IMG/VR virus record: IMGVR_UViG_3300044640_001869
Location: 1-64,000 of that record
Direction: 5' to 3' (one strand)
Origin: an uncultured virus (IMG/VR IMGVR_UViG_3300044640_001869)
Taxonomy: Duplodnaviria; Heunggongvirae; Uroviricota; Caudoviricetes
DNA: 64,000 nucleotides
Position numbers and translations under genes: made by a program. The notes under the pieces were generated by a model that was not told the origin of the DNA, searched no databases, and was given only the letters and a program-made list of their open reading frames with translations. Within the stretch, counting starts at the first letter, position 1. Each line of letters begins with the position of its first letter. Of this stretch, positions 57,688 through 64,000 are shown piece after piece.

Positions 57688-58878
57688 TTACCAAGTTATT
57701 TCATTCGCTCTAACGTCCAATTGTTGGAATTCAGGAGCTGGTACTGTTGTTGTCGTGGTTGTACCACCTGTACCACATTTTTCTTTTATTTTATCGTAAA
57801 CTTCTTTAGTTATTTCAGTACCGTATCCACCAGCAGTTAATGCTTGTTCTGTTTTTGAACCGAATTTACCATCAGCACTTAAACCTAAACATTTTTGAAC
57901 TTCAGAGACTACAGAACTACTACATCCTTTTTTATATGGGAAATCAGTACATTCTTTAAAAGCAGAACCTCCTGTTCCACCTCCAGAACCTCCTGTTCCA
58001 CCTCCAGAACCTCCTGTTCCACCACCTGTGTCAGTATTATCAATTGGTACTCCATTTTTATTTAACAAATCTTTTAAAACGTTATATCCAACACCAATAG
58101 CTACCGCCCAAAGTGCAACTTTTTTCCAAGAAATTTTTCCCGCACTATTTAAAAACCCTTTTTGTTTCCATCGTTGAAGTGTTTCTTTTGAGATACCACC
58201 ACTTTTTAATCTACTGTATAAATCAGTGAAGTATTTTTTCTTTTTAGCGAAGAAAGAATCTTGTTTAATTAATTGTTTAATTTCTTTTTCCGACTTTCCT
58301 GATGCTGCAACAATTTCTTCAGTTGCTTTAATATTTATTTTTGGGTTTATTTTAATATCACGACTTTTTTGAAGTGAATCCTTTAACATTTGTTCAACTT
58401 CTTTAGCTTCAATTCCAAATTTTTTATAATATCTTTGGGCGATTTCTAATGATTTAGCTTCGGCACCCATAACCGCACCATTTGGATATACTTTTTTAGC
58501 AATATCTAAAATAGCATCTGACTTACCAATCATACCTTTTAATTTCGAAGCAATTTCAGGTGAAATTGTTTTTAACTTTGCTGCGATATTAATCATATCA
58601 GTATTTTTTAATACTGAACCATCTTTACCTACTGTCTCAAGAGCTTTTAGTAATTCATCAGCATTCTTAAATCTACTAAATGCAGGTATATCATTTTTAA
58701 ATTGTGAAAATAAACCTTTCTCACTTGATAAAATGTCTTTAAAAGTTTGGGCAACTGACATTGCAGTTTCCGCCATACCTTCAACAACTAATATTGATTC
58801 AATATTTTCAGTTAAAGTTTTATTTGGTTGATAACCACTTAAAAGTTTAAAGTTGGTTATAAATTCATTATTTTTCAT
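57688..58878 (-). CDS. Protein with hydrophobic segment, Gly-rich linker and PG-binding domain
   Basis: VQKCLGLSADGKFGSKTEQAL; GGTGGSG repeats. Confidence 0.65.
   Translation of the reverse strand: MKNNEFITNFKLLSGYQPNKTLTENIESILVVEGMAETAMSVAQTFKDILSSEKGLFSQFKNDIPAFSRFKNADELLKALETVGKDGSVLKNTDMINIAAKLKTISPEIASKLKGMIGKSDAILDIAKKVYPNGAVMGAEAKSLEIAQRYYKKFGIEAKEVEQMLKDSLQKSRDIKINPKINIKATEEIVAASGKSEKEIKQLIKQDSFFAKKKKYFTDLYSRLKSGGISKETLQRWKQKGFLNSAGKISWKKVALWAVAIGVGYNVLKDLLNKNGVPIDNTDTGGGTGGSGGGTGGSGGGTGGSAFKECTDFPYKKGCSSSVVSEVQKCLGLSADGKFGSKTEQALTAGGYGTEITKEVYDKIKEKCGTGGTTTTTTVPAPEFQQLDVRANEITW
57965..58027. repeat. 21-bp tandem repeat (about 3 copies) encoding GGTGGSG
   Basis: GAACCTCCTGTTCCACCTCCA units. 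Confidence 0.8.
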
Positions 58879-58879
58879 A

Positions 58880-60094
58880 TTATACGTTATTTAATTGTTG
58901 TAATAAATTGTTATTTATACTATTAGCTAGATTAGGATTACTAACAATTTTATCAGCGAGTTGAATTTTTGTGTTAGTAACTTTTTCTTTATTATATTCA
59001 TCATAAGTACCAATTCCACCAACTAATGCGGCAGTACCAACACCAGCTCTAGTTCCTTTAGCGAGTTTAGAAGTTGAACCAAACACTTTCGCTAAAAAAT
59101 CAGTCATTTGTTTAATAACATTACCAAGACCATTAAGGATTCCGTCAATAAATTTGGCTGCCGGTTTAAACTTTTTTGATAAATATTCTGAGGCTTGTTT
59201 CAACAAACCTGGAACACTATCTAAACCACTTTTAATTTTTAATAAAAGATTCTTTAACCAAGAATTTTTAGTTACGGCAACCGCAACTTGTTCGGTGGTT
59301 TCTAAACCTTGAAGGGCGGTTTTAAGTGGTGCTTTAGCTGATTTTGCTGCGGCACCTGCAAATACTAGTCCTAAGATATCGACACCTAAAAATAAAAGTC
59401 TTTGCCATATTGGTAATTGTTCTTCGTAATTACCTGTAATTATTTCATAAACATCTAATGCTACAATAATACCCCAAACCACTTTTTGAACACCAATACC
59501 AATTTGAGATGCTATTAATATAGCGTCTAAAATCATACCTATTGGGTTATACATTGCACTTCTCAATTTTCTGGCTAAATAAAGAACACCCTTACCTATA
59601 ATTGAAAACGCTTCTTTCCATTGACCTTTAGAGATTTTATCAAAAAAATCACCAGTTCCTTTATAAACACTTTTCCCAAATTCTTTAAACCCTTCCCAAC
59701 TTGATTTACCTGTTTCTACCGCCCAATTTTTAAAACTACTCCATAACCCTTCAGTCATTAATTGTTTAAAATCATTTTTTAATTCAATAATGTTTTGAAT
59801 GTTCTCGGTAATTAATACTTTATCAAAAGACAGGTTAAAATCTTCTTTAATTTGTTTTGGTAAGTTAGATACGTCAAATGAATGTTTAAGGAATAATTTA
59901 AAATTATCAAAGTTTTCCCAAATATTACCTAATTTAGTTTTAGTTTCAATATCGTAAAGTTCGTCAAGAAAGATTGCGTATTTTTCGTCAGGTGATAACC
60001 AATCGGTAAACACGATACTTTCATCTATAATTTGGTTATTATATAATGATAAAATATTTTTCTTTTCCGATTCTGTAATTAATAATTTACCCAT
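58880..60094 (-). CDS. Putative head-packaged protein with hydrophobic helices
   Basis: ITESEKKNILSLY N-terminus; hydrophobic segments. Confidence 0.6.
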   Translation of the reverse strand: MGKLLITESEKKNILSLYNNQIIDESIVFTDWLSPDEKYAIFLDELYDIETKTKLGNIWENFDNFKLFLKHSFDVSNLPKQIKEDFNLSFDKVLITENIQNIIELKNDFKQLMTEGLWSSFKNWAVETGKSSWEGFKEFGKSVYKGTGDFFDKISKGQWKEAFSIIGKGVLYLARKLRSAMYNPIGMILDAILIASQIGIGVQKVVWGIIVALDVYEIITGNYEEQLPIWQRLLFLGVDILGLVFAGAAAKSAKAPLKTALQGLETTEQVAVAVTKNSWLKNLLLKIKSGLDSVPGLLKQASEYLSKKFKPAAKFIDGILNGLGNVIKQMTDFLAKVFGSTSKLAKGTRAGVGTAALVGGIGTYDEYNKEKVTNTKIQLADKIVSNPNLANSINNNLLQQLNNV

Positions 60095-60133
60095 CTGAAT
60101 TTTTATAAATAAATATTAGTAAAAACAAAAAAA

Positions 60134-60394
60134 TTATAATAAAGTGTTGGCTTTACCTCTATTTATTTTAACAATGTCGGCCCATTTAGTTAACCCTATT
60201 TGATTTGCAGGTCCTCTTGTCACACCTGACTCCCATTTAGTAACTGTTGGGTACGGTGGTTTACCTCCACCACCACTTGAACTAGAGGGGGCGGCCGCAG
60301 CTTCCTCCTGTTCCCCTAATTCATCATAATCAGATTCGTCATTAAAAAATGTATGGGAATTTAATATATCTATGATTTTATCAATTTTATTCAT
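60134..60394 (-). CDS. Hypothetical late protein
   Basis: Repeated KW...RG.AN motif. Confidence 0.6.
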   Translation of the reverse strand: MNKIDKIIDILNSHTFFNDESDYDELGEQEEAAAAPSSSSGGGGKPPYPTVTKWESGVTRGPANQIGLTKWADIVKINRGKANTLL

Positions 60395-60456
60395 ATCCGA
60401 AGACTTTATTTATAAATATTCGAAAATTTTCATATTTTTGTGTAAACAATAAAATT

Positions 60457-60966
60457 ATGAGACATCTATTAATAATTCCATTATTACTTATTTTAACATC
60501 TTGTTATAAACAATACTCACAACCAAAGACATTATCATTAAGTGGTGAGTATATTATAGATAAGATAACCTATTCTAACATTGAAAATTCAAACCCTAAC
60601 GAACAGGTTTATTATAGTGGGGATATTTTTATAAACCCAAATGAATCATTCCCAATGGATAGTATTGCAATTGGATTTACTAGATGGCATTTAGATTATA
60701 GTGTCATTTCTTTTAATCCTAATATATTACCAAGTGGAACTGTGATATGGGGTGATAGATACGTTTATTCGGTGATTAATCACTACACTAACTACGATTT
60801 AGGTTATATAGATATTACTATGGATAATGGTGGAAGACGTATCTTTAAAATTATTGACGATGGTGTTGAAAGTTTAGTATTAAGAACTACTAATAATTGG
60901 GGTGTCTACGGTGGTTCAGGTCCCGCTCAATCCGCAACCATTTATTTAACAAGAATAGGTCCGTGA
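60457..60966 (+). CDS. Putative lipoprotein
   Basis: Lipobox LTSC; TATTTTTG upstream. Confidence 0.65.
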   Translation: MRHLLIIPLLLILTSCYKQYSQPKTLSLSGEYIIDKITYSNIENSNPNEQVYYSGDIFINPNESFPMDSIAIGFTRWHLDYSVISFNPNILPSGTVIWGDRYVYSVINHYTNYDLGYIDITMDNGGRRIFKIIDDGVESLVLRTTNNWGVYGGSGPAQSATIYLTRIGP

Positions 60967-60971
60967 ATTTA

Positions 60972-61208
60972 TTAGTGTTGAACCAACATAATTGTTGTGT
61001 CGTTACCAACATTAACATTCTCTACCGTCTTATAGGTGTTATAAGTTACCTTCAACACTTTCTCATCATTTGGAATGGTAACATAACCATCAAAATTTGA
61101 GTAGTAAACTTTTTTATCTGTGGTTACTTTAACGGCTGGTAAAGTTTCTTTGGTTTGAACATCTAAAAACCAAATTTTAATCATCAACGCAAATAATACT
61201 GTTTTCAT
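60972..61208 (-). CDS. Small carboxypeptidase-regulatory-like domain protein
   Basis: D..TKETLPAV.V.....YSNFDG pattern. Confidence 0.5.
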   Translation of the reverse strand: MKTVLFALMIKIWFLDVQTKETLPAVKVTTDKKVYYSNFDGYVTIPNDEKVLKVTYNTYKTVENVNVGNDTTIMLVQH

Positions 61209-61295
61209 ATCAATACGTATATTAAATTTTACTCAAATAAGGTTAAATTTGATTTGTTAACGTTTTATTAATATATTTAATAATAAAGTAGCATT

Positions 61296-61637
61296 ATGAA
61301 AAAATATATTATCTCAGTAATGTTTCTTCTAATCAGTTATGTTTTATTGGCACAAGAAGAAATAACAATGGTTGTGTTAAAATATGATAATAACACAATT
61401 GAACAAGTTGGTTATTTAGACCAAAACGGTAAAAAGGATTCGATATGGACTCAATACAATGAATCAGGAAAAGTCGTTGGTGAAGGTTCTTATTCACATG
61501 GAGTTAAAAATGGTTATTGGTATTGTTATAATGACAATGGTAGAAAAGTCTTTGAAGTCCTTTATATCAACGGTGAAAAAAGAAAGGGTAAACAATGGGA
61601 TGATGAAGGTCATCTAATTGACAAACGAAAATGGTAA
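61296..61637 (+). CDS. Secreted MORN-variant repeat (YwqK-like) protein
   Basis: Signal peptide; W..Y.E.G....G.Y..G.K.G.W repeats. Confidence 0.7.
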   Translation: MKKYIISVMFLLISYVLLAQEEITMVVLKYDNNTIEQVGYLDQNGKKDSIWTQYNESGKVVGEGSYSHGVKNGYWYCYNDNGRKVFEVLYINGEKRKGKQWDDEGHLIDKRKW

Positions 61638-61671
61638 AAAAAATAAACCCCCTTAATTGGGGGTTTTTAAT

Positions 61672-61986
61672 TTAAAATAATTCAGGTTTTGGTAGTCTTT
61701 TAGGGTTTACCATATAATATTCATTTAAAAAACTGATAACCTCATCCTCATCGACTTCTAAATCACTTTCATAACTTCTAATCATTTCCGCAAAATAATC
61801 ATCGTCATCAGAATCAAATGGGTCTGTATTATTGTTTTCTAAACCTAAACCAAACGATTCTGCTTCATCTAAATCAATTTGGTCTGTTCTTATGATATCT
61901 TCATTATCTGTAATAAGTCTAAACGTCACATCTAATGTTTGACTTGTGTCATTTACATAATATCCTACGAGTTCTTTAATTTCCAT
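61672..61986 (-). CDS. Hypothetical acidic protein
   Basis: 104-aa ORF. Confidence 0.65.
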   Translation of the reverse strand: MEIKELVGYYVNDTSQTLDVTFRLITDNEDIIRTDQIDLDEAESFGLGLENNNTDPFDSDDDDYFAEMIRSYESDLEVDEDEVISFLNEYYMVNPKRLPKPELF

Positions 61987-62039
61987 AAGTTATTTTATAA
62001 CATATATATAACAATATCAATTAAAAGTTAAGAAAACAA

Positions 62040-62603
62040 TTAATTATATTTATTAAAACGTAAGAACATTTCACGAGTTTTATCTAATTGTTCCTGTAAA
62101 GGTTCAATTAAATCTTCATCAAAATCACTATCTAAATGTAATACAACTTCTTCATCGTCATTTTCATCTTCAGGAAAATAAATATCAAAACTACCCTCAT
62201 AATCTTCATCCTCAAACGGTAACACATCACCTAAATCAAAAAATTCGATATCATCTTCAAAATCTACAGTTCCGTGTTTAACATCATCTTGTCTATCGGC
62301 AATCATATCCAAAGGTGCTCCCACACTCATATAGTTGTTTTCTTCTTCTTGAAATAAACCTGTTGATTTACCATCATGTCTCATTTCATTGATTGACTCA
62401 TTAATTCCAAAGTTTTTATACCCACTAACTTCACCTCTACTGTTAACGGTTATACCTTGTTTATCATTTGCCAGGTCTTGAACTGTAATTGGGTATGTAT
62501 TACCTTGTCCGTATTCAGTAACATAACCATCGTAGATTGTTTTATGTTTATCTAAAATATTTTCACGTTCTTCGTTTGTTACTTTAAAAAAATATTGGTT
62601 CAT
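62040..62603 (-). CDS. Putative head-packaged acidic protein
   Basis: VTNEERENILDKH N-terminus. Confidence 0.6.
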   Translation of the reverse strand: MNQYFFKVTNEERENILDKHKTIYDGYVTEYGQGNTYPITVQDLANDKQGITVNSRGEVSGYKNFGINESINEMRHDGKSTGLFQEEENNYMSVGAPLDMIADRQDDVKHGTVDFEDDIEFFDLGDVLPFEDEDYEGSFDIYFPEDENDDEEVVLHLDSDFDEDLIEPLQEQLDKTREMFLRFNKYN

Positions 62604-62636
62604 AATTTTTGTTTTCTTATAAATATCGTTTATTGA

Positions 62637-63482
62637 TTAATAATCATCTTCGTCCTCATCATCTTCATACCCATCTTCGTAGTAATCTTCATCATCCTCA
62701 ATATCATCGTATTCCGGGTAATCTTGTTGTTTAATAGGTAATGTCATATATAATAACAAGAACTGTTGTGCATCCCTCCTCATAAGTCTCTCAACAGATT
62801 CAGGTGTGATTTCTTTATTAGTCTCTTCAAGACTCTTCATAGCCCCACGTATCATAATATCTCTAACTTCGCCCGCATTATCCAAAACATATTGATATGC
62901 TTTTTTATTGGTCTTATTAGTGTATCTTGTTTCGTGTTCGGCTCTTTCCTCACCACAAATTAAAAAATACGAAGCTTGTAACATATTGGTAAAACTAGCA
63001 TCTCTAACTGCGGTTAAATACTTTATCAATTTAGAAACCTCGTAATTCTTAAACTTATCTTTACTCTTTTTTAGTATGTTAACAACATCTTTGGCTCCCT
63101 CAGTTATTGATTTAACTTTGTTTTTTAAATTATCAAAATCCTCTTCAAACATCCAAACATCGTGGTCACTTTCAATATTTTTAATAGTTTTCATATGGTT
63201 CTCAATTTGAGATTCATTATTTGAATTATTAATCATATTATCTAAATCTTTAAGAGTGTCAATGTTTGAAATAATGTTTAATGACCCTGATTTATCCCAT
63301 CTAATTGAATAAATTGTTTCATCAACAAAGTTAACCCCATCTTTTAATACTGTCCCTCTCGATTTTGGTGGTATAGGACTAATTGGGTCAGACATTCTGA
63401 TTAATACGATTCTATCCCCTTTTTTTAAATCGGGACAAATATTGTTATTTAAATGTCTATCTAATAATCTTGAATGACTCAT
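62637..63482 (-). CDS. DUF4314-like domain protein
   Basis: GDRIVLIRMSDP...GTV...WDKSGSL. Confidence 0.55.
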   Translation of the reverse strand: MSHSRLLDRHLNNNICPDLKKGDRIVLIRMSDPISPIPPKSRGTVLKDGVNFVDETIYSIRWDKSGSLNIISNIDTLKDLDNMINNSNNESQIENHMKTIKNIESDHDVWMFEEDFDNLKNKVKSITEGAKDVVNILKKSKDKFKNYEVSKLIKYLTAVRDASFTNMLQASYFLICGEERAEHETRYTNKTNKKAYQYVLDNAGEVRDIMIRGAMKSLEETNKEITPESVERLMRRDAQQFLLLYMTLPIKQQDYPEYDDIEDDEDYYEDGYEDDEDEDDY

Positions 63483-63529
63483 TTTTTTTTGTTTTAATAA
63501 TAAATATATATAATAAAGTATTTATTAGT

Positions 63530-64000
63530 ATGAGAACAATAATAATCACTGAACAACAAAGGAGAGTTATTTTACGAGAAATGGCCAATGAAGAAATGGA
63601 TAAAACAATTGGTGAAAATGACAATTTAATGAAACGTATTACTAAAGAGGCCTCGGACCAAATTAAATTTGACCTATCAATATTAGCAACATTTAGTATG
63701 TCTATTGGGGGTCTAATGGGTCCTGTTGAACAGTTTTTATCGGGGGAATATCCAACCGTCTCTCCTATGGAAAGAAGTTTAATATTGGCAGGTATCGCCT
63801 TTCAGTATATTATTGATAATAAAAAACCATTAAGATTATTAATTTCAAAAATCAAAGAGAAAGGTTTATATGAGACTTATAAAGCCGGACTTCAGAAAGC
63901 CGAATTATTAAAAGATTCTTTCTTATCTTTTGTTGAAAGTTTAGGTGTTAGTGTAAAAAAAACTTCAAACATAATCGGTTACACATTTTTAATACCTTTA
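63530..64000 (+). CDS. Hypothetical protein, 3'-truncated
   Basis: MRTIIITEQQ..., open to window end; TATTTAT upstream. Confidence 0.65.
   Translation, partial: MRTIIITEQQRRVILREMANEEMDKTIGENDNLMKRITKEASDQIKFDLSILATFSMSIGGLMGPVEQFLSGEYPTVSPMERSLILAGIAFQYIIDNKKPLRLLISKIKEKGLYETYKAGLQKAELLKDSFLSFVESLGVSVKKTSNIIGYTFLIPL

Overview
AT-rich segment of a large T4-like (jumbo) tailed phage using the standard genetic code. The host is most likely a Bacteroidetes: TAnnTTTG -7 promoters, few Shine-Dalgarno sites, a Gly-resume tmRNA tag, a Bacteroidetes-type bS21 and a T9SS-like cargo gene. Contents: a glycosylation/PhoH/late-sigma block; the head module (major capsid, scaffold, prohead protease, portal, large terminase) with ribosomal protein bS21 inside it; many putative head-packaged proteins and lysins; a ClpC-like ATPase; tmRNA; a ~880-nt structured GOLLD-like ncRNA candidate; an RNA-repair cluster; and 27 tRNA genes, 26 of them in two minus-strand operons. 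Main finding: each tRNA operon is preceded by a short leader ORF, an antiterminator and an intrinsic terminator, and each leader's codons match the anticodons of its own operon (14/14 and 11/12 tRNAs). This suggests a translational attenuator that turns on phage tRNAs when the matching tRNAs are depleted. The operons also carry rRNA-operon-like boxA elements and long-range leader/trailer helices. All calls were made by eye; no searches were run.
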